Shown piece by piece: positions 1-11,882 of a DNA stretch of 64,000 bases. Below the pieces are notes generated by a model. The model was not told the DNA's origin. It saw nothing but the letters and a program-made list of their open reading frames with translations, and did not search any database. The DNA is taken from positions 20,646,001-20,710,000 of the forward strand of contig NC_043003.1 in NCBI RefSeq assembly GCF_006345805.1. Direction: 5' to 3'. The position numbers and the translations under genes were made by a program. Source of the DNA: Octopus sinensis (Eukaryota). Every line of letters begins with the position of its first letter. Position 1 is the stretch's first letter.

Positions 1-464
1 CCGGTCTCAAATGTCATACAAGTGCAACACTCATCCCTCGACTCGCAATGCACTTACAACAAGGAGCTATTTCAATGCGTTATATCACACAATACAAAAC
101 AAAATCTATTTAAGAAATCATTAATAAACAATACGTCTATACTATACAGTATTCTCCATATAAATTGACGATTAATAATGGATGCAATAAAAATATGTAA
201 AACAAATTCTTTGTAAAAACAGTATATGAAACTAGAATATATATATACATATATGCGTGTGTATACACACGTATGTACTCATGTGTGTATTATGTATGCA
301 TGTATGTATGTGTGTGTGCATGCGTACGTGTGTGTGCGTGCATGCGTACGTGTACGTGTGTGCGCTCGCTCGCGTGTGTATAGAAAATGCCTGGTGACAA
401 AATCTGTAGAACAACATGTAAAATGCCTTTCGGTATTTAGTTACGGCCTATTAAGATCTGATTG

Positions 465-597
465 CAAAACCCGCCGAGGTCGACTTTGCCTTTCATCCTT
501 CAGAGGTCGATAAAATAAAGTACCAGTCATGTACTGGAGTCGATTTAATCGACTGACTCCCTTCCACCCAAGTTTCTGGCCTTGTGCCTACGTTAGA

Positions 598-629
<32 letters not shown>

Positions 630-645
630 TATTATTATTATTATA
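465..645 (+). mobile_element. SINE B 3' part with alternative tail and (ATT)n
   Basis: CGCCGAGGTCGACTTTGCCTTTCATCCTT...CTGGCCTTGTGCC + (TAT)n. Confidence 0.78.
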
Positions 646-1095
646 GTTTCATCTTCTCCATCCACCTCTTAACATCTCTCTGTCTCTGTTTCTCTCTCTC
701 TCTCTCTCACTTTGTTTCACTCACTATTTCTACCTTTATATCTTTCACTTTCACTCACTCAGTTTCTCTAATATTCTTTCTTTCCTTTTTTCCTCTCTTA
801 TAATATACATATACGTACATACGCACATGCATACCTGGTTATATATGTATATGTATATGGACGTGTGTATTAATGTTTGTTCTTATGAGAAGTTATCTAT
901 AAAAATAATTCAACATTAAATTGAAGGATCACTCAATACTTTTATTAGAATACGCATTTGTGAATTTCTACAAGAAACAAGATTTACAGATATACAGTGA
1001 CTTCGAAATCTCTACTTACTCACTCGCCGTCGCCTAACTGAAGACGGATGGTGATACGAAACTTCGAACCTTTTCCTTATACATGTATATACATA

Positions 1096-1167
<72 letters not shown>

Positions 1168-1322
1168 CATGTATATATTACATACATATATAAATATACG
1201 TACATATAATATATTTATATATGTATATAAGTATGTATATATGTGTATATATGTTTGTATATGCATGTAAGTATATATATATATATGTATGTATATATAC
1301 ACATACAATATGTATATGTGCA

Positions 1323-1360
<38 letters not shown>

Positions 1361-1379
1361 TATATATATATAATATATA

Positions 1380-1418
<39 letters not shown>

Positions 1419-1850
1419 TATATATGTATATATGTATGTATCCTAATGATCTCTCCCAAGAGAGAAGATTTACCCTCTTATCTCCTGCACTACTGCTCTT
1501 GGGTTATTTACGGGTAACTGCTTACAGTTTTTCTGTTTTTTTTTTTGTTTGTATTTGTTTTTTTCAGCCTCTTTTCTTTATCCTTTCTTCATTTTCCTTC
1601 TTTTTTCTTTCCTTTGTTCAAATGTTTCTGTTTCAGAACCCTGCACATCTACAATCGTCAGACTTGGTCTGCTTTGCCTTAATTATCCTTTTCATTCAAA
1701 ACTTGACTCAAAGATACTTGCAAATACATTCAAGCACGTACATGCATAGATATTCGTCATATTCATGCATGCGTGCACATAGCACACACAGCGTGCACGC
1801 ACACACACTCATAAACATATACGCACAGAGTTAATCCAACCAATGCATCC

Positions 1851-1903
<53 letters not shown>

Positions 1904-2571
1904 AATATATATATAAATATATTTATATATATATATATAGCCATACACCGTTACAATAGACACTCTTATAACTTTATATACATATACAAATATAAACATG
2001 CACAGAGGTGCGCAGGTACACACACATTCACGCACTCATAAAGAGAAACGCATACAACAATACACATGAAAGCATGCGCACATATACACACACATGCATT
2101 TACTGACCCACCGACAAGTAGCTGAATATAACATACACAGATACATTACTTGACACAATGCACACACACACACACACACACACAAGCCGGTAAATAATCT
2201 TAAAAGTAATGTGACTTTCTTTATGGTCTTTAGTGCGAAACGACGAGAGTTATTTCCGCACCTTTCAGCAACTGAACTAATCGATTTATATTTGAAACCA
2301 TTGTCGAATATAAGGAAAGGTTGTTGCTGTTGTTGTTGTTGTTGCTTGTCTCCATGTCACACTTGATTGAGCTGATCAATAATTGATCGTGTTCCAGTTA
2401 TGACCAGCTTGTTCCATTCAGATTATGTACATCTAAGACAACAAAATTTTATGTAAGGAAAATTTGTTGTCGTTGTTAAGTTCCTCGTCATCTCTGGTTG
2501 AGCTTTTCCAGCCAACTGTTACCAGCCCGTTTCATTCAGCCAATGTACATCCAGGACTATACTATCTAATA

Positions 2572-2953
2572 CAGTAACTCTCAACCAGAGCCCATGTGAC
2601 CCCTGAGGTTCATATAAAATTGGGGTGGGGGTCTACGTAAGTAAAATACTGAATTGGGGATCCACAATAATACTTTAAGGGTTCATGAACGAAGCTTCCT
2701 TTCGATGTGTTTATTGCAAGAAGCAGGTAGGTTTCTTTATCTGACGTTTTATAACCGTATTACCGGCTACTGGAACATGTTCTCCCAGAGAGTTCTGTTA
2801 CAAACCGAGAGTGAATGTATGAAAAACCAAATAGATATTTTCAAAGAAGTATTTGTAAAAGTAGTTTTTATACGTCGAATGAAAATGGAGGTCCACCAAG
2901 ATAAAATAATAAAGGGATCCGTAGGTAAAAAGCATGATCGTCAAGAACCACTG
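2572..2953. mobile_element. hAT (Charlie-like) MITE, 382 bp
   Basis: Ends CAGTAACTCTCAAC / revcomp CAGTGGTTCTTGAC (cf. CAGTGGTTCTCAAC); 8-bp flanks ATCTAATA / ATCTATTG resemble a decayed TSD. Confidence 0.62.
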
Positions 2954-3272
2954 ATCTATTGTAAGAAAAGTTTGTTGGTGTTGTTGTTCTTATTTTGGTC
3001 CATGTAGTACCTGGCTAAGCAGATCAGTAATTAATCGTGTAACTGCCATATCCATAATGGGCGTCTAGGACCGTAATTTTTATTGTGGGGAAAGCCTATT
3101 ATTGTCGTTACTGCTCCAGCTCTTGATTTTGCTGCTGTTGTTGTTGTTTAAGTTCCTGATTGAACAGAAAAAAAAGATCCCCAGGTACTCAGGCCATGAT
3201 TATTCATGTTGTTAAAAACAAATTTGAACACTGTGCATCCAGAAATGCATTACAAAAACACTTGTTTCCCAT

Positions 3273-3500
3273 CCACATGATTTCGGGTTCGGTCCCACTG
3301 CATAGCATCTTGTGCGAGAGCTTTCTATTATAGCCTAGAGACGACCAAAGCCTTGTAAGTGGATTTGGTTGACGGAAACTGAAAGAAGCCTGTCGTGTGT
3401 GTGTGTGAGTATGTGTGTGTGTGCTTGCGTGTGTGTACGGCTTTCGTCTGTGTTTGTCTCCACCGCTTGAAAACCAATGTTGGTATATTGACGTACCCTT
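3273..3500 (+). mobile_element. SINE family A, partial
   Basis: CCACATGATTTCGGGTTCGGTCCCACTG...GACGGAAACTGAAAGAAGCC. Confidence 0.72.
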
Positions 3501-3534
3501 GACTATATTATATATATATATATATATATTACAT

Positions 3535-3845
3535 CAGTGGTTAGAGCGTCGAGCTTACGATCGTGAGGTTGTGAGCTCGAATCCCAGACCGGGCTGCGTG
3601 TTGTGTTCTTGAGCAAGGCACTTTATTTCACGTTGCTCCAGTTCACTCAACTGTAGAAATGAGTTGCGACGTCACAGGTGCCAAGCTGTATCGGCCTTTG
3701 TCTTTCCTTGGATAACACTGGTGGCGTGGAGAGGGGAGGCCGGTATGCATGGGCGACTGCTGGTCTTCCATAAACAACTTTGCCCGGACTTGTGTCTAGG
3801 AGGGTAACTTCTAGGTGCAATCCATGGTCATTCATGACGAAGGGG
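3535..3845 (+). mobile_element. tRNA-derived CORE-like SINE family C
   Basis: A-box-like TGGTTAGAGCG, B-box-like GCTCGAATCCC, CORE-like 3603-3663. Confidence 0.8.
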
Positions 3846-3854
3846 GTCTTTATG

Positions 3855-3886
<32 letters not shown>

Positions 3887-4120
3887 ATATATGTGTGTGT
3901 GTATTTATGTATATATGTATATATATATATGTATCTATGTGTGTGTATAATAAAATATTTAAGATATTAAATTACCATAAAAAAAAGAATATTTTAATTT
4001 CTTGGAAAGCACTTCTTTCAGGATGAAGCTATCCGCTTTCTACAAAATGATCATTTAATTTATATAATATATAGTGTATGTATATATGTGCGTGTGTGCA
4101 TGTGTGTGTGAATGTGTCTG

Positions 4121-4152
<32 letters not shown>

Positions 4153-4733
4153 ATGTAAACATGTATAATATATAAAATATATAAACCAGGAAGTGTTACA
4201 AGTTCTTAACTGTAAATAACACACAATAAAACTGACGGACATTTCCTTAACTTTATAGTATTTAATTGAAATTACTACAAGGACAAAACATGCAATAAAC
4301 TTGTTAATGTTCACGTCTAATTAGTGTGTTGTCATTCAAATGTTTAACTCAGGGCAGAATTTACGTGCATAATAAAAACATCTGATGAAAGAACCTGGTT
4401 TGAATTACGTTAGGCAGCAGCAGTGACAGCCATATCATACACAAATTCAGCTCTTTCAACACTACAAACATTCTCAAGTCTAACAAGGTTTAATGAACCG
4501 TACAAAACGAATCCGTTGAAAGTGTTTGAAAATTCCTTGGTAATGTTTACGTGATAACATGATTTCATTAAGACTAATTAGGTATAGCAACAGCGGCTAA
4601 AAGCACTAGTTAAAATATAAAATACCTCACAGCATTCAATCTCATGCAGTTGTATTCTAAGTCCATATTTTGCCAGATTCGAATTTGCGCTTTTTTTCTA
4701 TTTGCTGCTGGAAGGAATGAATAACAATAATAC

Positions 4734-4774
<41 letters not shown>

Positions 4775-4871
4775 TCAGTCAGTCACTTTACGTTCCTATG
4801 TTTGTTGGTCTTTTACCTGAAGAAAATGTATTAATGATTGAATAATTAGCAAAGTGGCTGTGTGGTAAGTA

Positions 4872-5275
4872 GGCGCAGGAGTGACTGTATAGTAAGTAGC
4901 TTGCTTACCAACCACATGGTTCTGGGTTCAGTCCCACTACGTGCACCTTGGGCAAGTGTCTTCGACTATAGCCTCGGCCCACCAAAGCCTTGTGAGTGGA
5001 TTTGGTAGACGGAAACTGAAAGAAGCCCGTCGTATATATGTATATATACGTGTGAATGTGTGTGTTTGTTTGTGCGTCAGTGTTTGTCCTCCAAAATCGC
5101 TTGATAACCGATGCTGGTGTGTTTACGTCATCGTAACTGAGCGGTTCTGCAAAAGAGACAGATAGAATAAGTACTAGGCTTACAAAGAATAAGTCCTGGG
5201 CTCGATTTCTTCGACTAAAGGCGGTGCTCCAGCATGGCTGGAGTCAAATGACTGAAACAAGTAAAAGAGTAAAGA
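4872..5275 (+). mobile_element. tRNA-derived SINE family A, full length
   Basis: Head GGAGTG(G/A)CTGT..GTAAGTAGCTTG...GGGTTCAGTCCC, CCTTGGGCAAGTG, internal microsatellite, tail GACTGAAACAAGTAAAAGAG. Confidence 0.85.
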
Positions 5276-5304
5276 AAAAGCGAATTACTGATAAATGCAA
5301 ATTA

Positions 5305-5525
5305 AGCCGGCGAACTAGCAGGATCGTTAGCACTCTGGACAAACAATACTTAGCAGCATTTAGTCCGAATGTACGTTCTGAGTTCAAATTCCAGCCAGGT
5401 CGACTTGGTTTTTTATCTTTTCGGGTTCGATAAAATAAGTAATAGTTAGGCGTTAGAGTCGATGTAATCGGCTTACCCACTTCCTGCGAACTTGCTGGCC
5501 TGGTAACAAAATTTGAAATCAATAA
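5305..5525 (+). mobile_element. SINE B with alternative tail
   Basis: GGCGAACTAGCAGGATCGTTAGCAC...GTTCTGAGTTCAAATTCC...GTCGATGTAATCG...CTGGCCTGGTAACAAAATTTGAAA. Confidence 0.78.
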
Positions 5526-5930
5526 TAAAGACAAATTGAAGATTACACATTTCTTTTTAATCCGCGTGTTTGTTGCTTGCTGGACGTGTTATCATGGTAT
5601 TGACAGAGCGAAAGAGAGAGACACACATACACAGACAGAGAGGAAGGGAGAATCTATGTACTACAGGAGGGAGAATCACTTCTTTTCTTTCTAGTTTTTA
5701 AGTTGGAAACTTTCCTTTTTGCATTCACCACAAGCAAATTTTCTAATCGAAAAAAATATAACAAAAACAAAAACAAAACAAGGGGCAGTAAATTTCATTA
5801 CTATTAATTGATTGGGTGTCCATTAAAATTATCTACAAAACTGAAGGCAGCGAACTGGCAGAATCGTAAGAGCACCAGGCAAAATACTTAGCAGTACCTA
5901 TGTATATATGTGTGTATAGGCACCGGTTTG

Positions 5931-5972
<42 letters not shown>

Positions 5973-6239
5973 TAAATCGATAACGACTGATGACTTAAAG
6001 AACAGAAACTAACAAAAATGCAAATCAAGTGGACGTATTCAATGGATATATTAATTTGATGCTCGGTAAAAGTGCAGGCGGAAAATTAACAGTAAAAACA
6101 GGACGTTTTGAGTATGGCTCTTCGTTTGATCGTAGATGAAATTTCGAGAGTGGGAATAAAGGAGGAGGAAACATGTAGTCAAGAGAAAAGCATGTGGGTC
6201 GCTACATGGTCGAAGAAAATATGTACATGTATGACTATT

Positions 6240-6289
<50 letters not shown>

Positions 6290-6506
6290 CATAAATATAT
6301 ATATACTATTTATATATACACATATATATACATATATACATACATATATATAGTGTATATATTATATATATATATATGTATATATATATGTGTATATATA
6401 TATATACATATATATATACATGTATATATATATATGTGTGTGTGTATATATATATATACATATATATATATGTGTATATATATAATATATATATATATAT
6501 AAATAG

Positions 6507-6572
<66 letters not shown>

Positions 6573-7539
6573 ATACATATGTATATACACATACATAATA
6601 TATATATATTACATGGGAAAATGCGAAAAGAGAAATAATATTCTTAAGATTATATAGCTGGAAAATTATAGGACAAGTTATTACACTTGGAAATTTTAAC
6701 CATACAGCTATGTCTACATCTAAGATGTTTAAGCAGTACAGATTTAAACCACATATGTACTGAAAAATACACCTCATTTTCATTCGTTTCTGATTATGAA
6801 ACCAATCGAGATAGGAGCGCGTCGACCGACGATACTCTTAAAGATTGTGGTTAAGTAATTGCAAGAAACAAGAACTAAAATTTATCATCATCATTATAGT
6901 TCTCCTACCATAAACCATATTTCATGAATATTAAAAGCTTATTTCTTTTGTCACAACCACGACCCATGCAAACTTTTATGATTACATGAGAAGACATCTT
7001 GGTATGTTATCTACTTGAATATAAAAGTTCCGAATGATTATACTATATTCTCTCTCATTTTGTACAAATTCGTGTGATTTCGTCAATGATATAAATGACA
7101 TTTAACTATAAAAGTAACAAAAATCATTCATATTCATGAAATCCATCTCTGAGTTTCACAACTCAAACTGTTTAACAAAAATATAAATATATTTATGTAA
7201 GGGCGTATTGTAAAATTCATATGTGTGCATATATATGCGTGTGTGTGCATATATGTGTGTGTGTGTGCATATATATATGTGTGTGTGCATATATATGTAT
7301 CATATCGTATATAAATTATCAAAGGGTAATCGGAAATATTAGAAATTTCCATTACCAGTGGCCTAGCGTGTAAATATTTAGTCAATAGACAATATATTAT
7401 TCATATAAATACAGTGTATATTTAAACACATGAGAGGTAGCTATCATAGGAATTTAACTGTCCTCTCTAGCGTGTAGGTAGTCCTATGACGGCTATCACT
7501 TATGTGTTTGAATGTACACTGTATTGATATGAATTATAT

Positions 7540-7574
<35 letters not shown>

Positions 7575-7802
7575 ATTATATATACACATACATATTTATG
7601 TATGTGAACTTGAGTTTGCATGTATGTATATATGATGTGAAGTTACAGTCTCGAGTTGATCTTCAAAATAAGTTGACTCTAACTTTTAGTATAGAGTCAC
7701 CAATAATTACACCACCAATAAGTGCTTATTCGTTATTCTTAAAAGTGCTTTGAAATAAAATAATTCTCTCTCTTTCTCTTTCTCTCTCTCTCTCTTTCTC
7801 TT

Positions 7803-7853
<51 letters not shown>

Positions 7854-8937
7854 AAATCGAACACGCATGCTCATGTATGTACTCTGCTTGTTTACCAATA
7901 GTCTGCGATTGAGCGCGGTGGAGATGACTCTCAAAGCACTGAGTGTTAAAATATTTGAAAGTCATAGAGAAGCGAGACAACTCACCCCAAATCCCATTCA
8001 GGAGCGACTGACATCGATGTTTCACCATTTTTTTCGGCTTATCATCATCTCGTGCAGGAACTGAATTGGAGGTGAACTGAATCGCCTTCCATGACAATGT
8101 AGAAATACTGTAGAAACCATTTGCTAGTTTGCGCCGATGATGATACGTAAGAATAAATTCATTTATGAATTAGAAGCAGTGCAAGTGTTGTAAATATTAT
8201 CTGAAAACCCGTAGTGAATGTATACCGCAATGTTGTTCGCCAGTAGGCTGCGATTATGCGCGGTGGAGATGACACATACATATATACATAATGTCCATTC
8301 GTTACTGAGAAAGACCATCACTGACCAACAGGATCATTGTTCACTCAGGCAAATGTATGAGCACTCTTCATAAACGTACATATATGCATAAATACATACA
8401 TACACATTTATGTTTGCCCACGTGTTTGTATCCATATGCAAATACTTTTTATGTGATATCTATATGTGTTTTTATATATAATCGATGAGGTCATAATAAG
8501 ACCGAAACAAGGCGGAGATTATCTCCCGTACTTGCCACAATAATTAAAACAATATTAGTAATTGACTAATAGCGTTTTCGTTTTTTTTCTCCTCAATATT
8601 TCTAGTTTCCTTTTAAATAATTCTCGCACTATTTATACATACTATGTATGTAACTGCGTGTGTGCGCACCAGCACGTGTGTTTTCTACTTGTGTGCGTGT
8701 ATGTGTAAGTATTGCATTTAAACACGTATGATTAAGTGAATGTGTGCATATGTGAGGAATGAAAGGGGTCAGGGCAGAAATGAGAATTCATACAGATATT
8801 GTATATACATTTATATATTTCCCGCACGCTTGTATATATTACTTCATTTATTCATATTGCACTTTACGTCGGTCTTTTTTATATATAACTTGAAGTCATA
8901 TATATATATATATATATCGTTCATAATAAATAATTAA

Positions 8938-8972
<35 letters not shown>

Positions 8973-9033
8973 ATCACCATGCTGGACTGCTAAACTCTAC
9001 GTGCTTTTTTCCATTCTCTATTTCTTCTTATTC

Positions 9034-9069
9034 CTTTCTGTCGAAGAGCGTAGGCTCGAAACATAAAAA
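9034..9069 (+). ncRNA. Hammerhead-like motif in a dispersed (TA)n-associated repeat
   Basis: CTTT-CTGTCGA-A-GAGC GTAG GCTC-GAAAC-AT-A-AAA; related copies at 26773-26807(-), 39131-39165, 39956-39992. Confidence 0.42.
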
Positions 9070-9216
9070 AAACTTTTCTATTTTTCTCCAACGTCATACT
9101 AATACATTTTCTTGTTGGTCCTACACCCGTCTTCGTCTTATGTTTTTCTATAAATTTCAACTATATATGTATATTATTTATATCTGTTTATATATGCGTT
9201 TGTATACAAAACACAC

Positions 9217-9330
<114 letters not shown>

Positions 9331-9384
9331 CGGAGATGTACTCGCATAGCAAGTAATTTGATCTGAGATCGTGTGCTGAAACGA

Positions 9385-9588
9385 AAACAATTGCAGCGTG
9401 GAAGGTGTTTATAAGCCATTTAAGAACACACAAAAGCCGTTCGATTCACTTCAACATTTAAGTTTAATTTGTCATTAATTTGTCATTTAATTTGTCATGA
9501 CAAATTAAACTTAAATGTTGAAGTGAATCGAACGGCTTTTGTGTGTTTCTTAAATGGCTTATAAACACCTTCCACGCTGCAATTGTTT
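9385..9588. repeat. Near-perfect spacerless palindrome (~90-bp arms)
   Basis: Arms match except for a 1-nt indel; centre TTAATTTGTCA|TGACAAATTAA with two extra copies of the 11-12-mer on the left. Confidence 0.93.
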
Positions 9589-9621
9589 ATATATATATAT
9601 ATAGATGGGATCATGGGTGTG

Positions 9622-9780
9622 TAGGCGCAGGCATGGCCCCGTGGTTAAGAAGCTTGCCTTGCGACCATGTGGTTTCTGTTTCTGTCTGACTGCATGCCAC
9701 ATTAAGTAAGTGTCGTCTACTTTAATCTCGGGCCGACCAATTTTTTGTGAGTGGACATGAAAGACGGAAACAATGCAAAA
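9622..9780 (+). mobile_element. SINE family A, diverged 5' part
   Basis: GGCGCAGGCATGGC..TGGTTAAGAAGCTTG...CTCGGGCCGACC...GTGAGTGG. Confidence 0.6.
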
Positions 9781-9818
9781 AGTAGTCGTTTTCAAGTACT
9801 GAATCAACCTGCTTTAAA

Positions 9819-9819
<1 letters not shown>

Positions 9820-9901
<82 letters not shown>

Positions 9902-9965
9902 GAATGACAATCGGGAGTTCCAACAAAACCTGTGATAAAGAGAAATAATAAGAGTAATAATAATA
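9820..9965. repeat. (AAT)n microsatellite
   Basis: Direct reading. Confidence 0.93.
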
Positions 9966-9982
9966 AACATTTATGTAATATA

Positions 9983-10013
<31 letters not shown>

Positions 10014-10303
10014 AATTCCTTACTGGGAATGACAAAGTTTAAAAATCTGCTGGATCTCGCTCATAAGGGAATCTTACATAGCTTATAAAATCTCTATTTG
10101 GTAGGGCTCATATTAAACTCTGTTGGACTTTTGGATTTTACTCAAAGAATATTGGAATATTGCATATATACCATTATGCCTATAAAACGGATTTATAACT
10201 TCAATACCCATATATATCTCTCACATCTATTTTCTTTCCTCCACCTCACTCTCTATTTTGTATCAGATCTAAACTAACTATGACTTAACCATCCTCTCAC
10301 ACC

Positions 10304-10355
10304 GTCTCCAATGAAAGGATATTATTAATTGATATTCTAGAAACAGCCGTAAGAC
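10304..10355 (+). ncRNA. Decayed type I hammerhead ribozyme-like motif
   Basis: Stem I GTCT/AGAC, core CCAATGA (2 changes from CUGAUGA), stem II AGGATAT/ATATTCT, GAAA, near-palindromic stem III ACAGCCGT, GUA site. Confidence 0.5.
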
Positions 10356-11343
10356 CTATCTATCTATAAATGCTCTAATATCTATACAGCCTTGGTTTTT
10401 TTTTATCTTATTACGCAAAAAATTCTTATATACACACGCTGACATAGAACCAACGTTGAACCCTTTATTCGCAATATTACCGAATCTGGAACTTAACTAT
10501 GGTATGTCTGTAGCACTTATTCAGTATTACCTGACACCTTTGGGTCTCAATGACACCATTATCTCTTATATATATATATATATATATACATACATATATA
10601 TATATGTGTGTGTATTTGTGCGAGTGTGCATGTATTATGCGTTAAGTCCCATCATCACTGTTTCACAACTGGTGTTGGCTTGTTTAGGTTCCCATAAGTA
10701 AACAGTTTGGCAAAATACACTGATTTGCATTAGTACCAAACTTTAAAAAAATAAGAACTGTGGTCGAATTTTTTAACTGAACTCATCAATGTGGTTCCCC
10801 ATCATAACCGAAATCCAATGACTGGAACATGCTAAAAAATAATGACAAAAGATTCGCTGTAGAATTTATTTTTCCGAGGGTATAAAAGTAGGATCCATCA
10901 GACTTATATGTTTATCTTTTTACATGTTTATCATAAAATAGAAATCCTCTCCCTAATAAGACAGTAGTAATGTTTGATGTTTCACAATGTATGCAAAATT
11001 AGGACTCGGTAAAAAAATATACACGTTTAGCTGTTTATAAGCAGAAAATAGGATTCAAAATAAAACCGATCACTCTAGTATTCCAGTTAACATAACGATC
11101 AGTCACACCTTGTAAACTGTAGAAGCTACGAACCTTTCGATGGATAAAAGAATGGCGTTTTTCGCTAATGAAGTGATAACACTAGAAAATGTTGCATACC
11201 TCTCAATTTTTTGGCTCATTGCCAGCGGAAATTTTGTTGTATGTCGACTATGTACACATTTGCTAAATTCCAGCTTAAATTTTTATATTGACAAACAGTG
11301 TCTCAGATTTCAAACTAGTTTGTATGTGTGTGTGTGTGTGTGT

Positions 11344-11391
<48 letters not shown>

Positions 11392-11498
11392 CGTGCGGTT
11401 GTGTGTTGTGTGTGTGTGTGTGTGTGTGTGTGTGGTTTGTGTGTGTTTGTGTGTGTATTAGAAGGTTTGGATGTGATGTACAGGTATTATATGTTAGG

Positions 11499-11748
11499 AG
11501 AAATAAAGTACTCAGAAATCGGGATGGTTGTACATTTACAGATTTTTATTAATATATCACATGTTTTTATAAATCATATATTAGCGCTTGCATTTACTCC
11601 AGTAAACTCTTCAGATTTTGTGTCAACTCTAGTAGAAGAGTCTACTAGAGTAGATACACGCGCTAATATATTATTTATAAAAACATGTGATATATTAATA
11701 AAAATCTGTAAATATAAAACCATCCAGATTTCTGAGTACTTTATTTCT
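11499..11748. mobile_element. Foldback MITE-like element
   Basis: Inverted arms ~114 bp (outer 89 bp with 4 mismatches), 22-nt spacer. Confidence 0.7.
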
Positions 11749-11846
11749 TCGAAGTTATATATATATATATATATATATATACATACATACATACATACAT
11801 ACATACATACATACATAGATGCATTCATCCATACATACATGCATAC

Positions 11847-11882
<36 letters not shown>

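Noticed and set aside
3535-3600. tRNA genes at SINE heads (also 23040-23110, 39065-39120)
   Set aside because: A/B boxes are present but no complete cloverleaf is evident, and each continues into a shared SINE body.
4575-4612. Possible Helitron 3' end (short hairpin then CACTAG|T)
   Set aside because: Hairpin only 4 bp, and no 5' TC end or second copy identified.
5987-6009. CTGATGA...GAAAC hammerhead core (also 4382-4404 and 1038-1062)
   Set aside because: Stem II is weak or absent and no stem I/III or cleavage triplet could be built.
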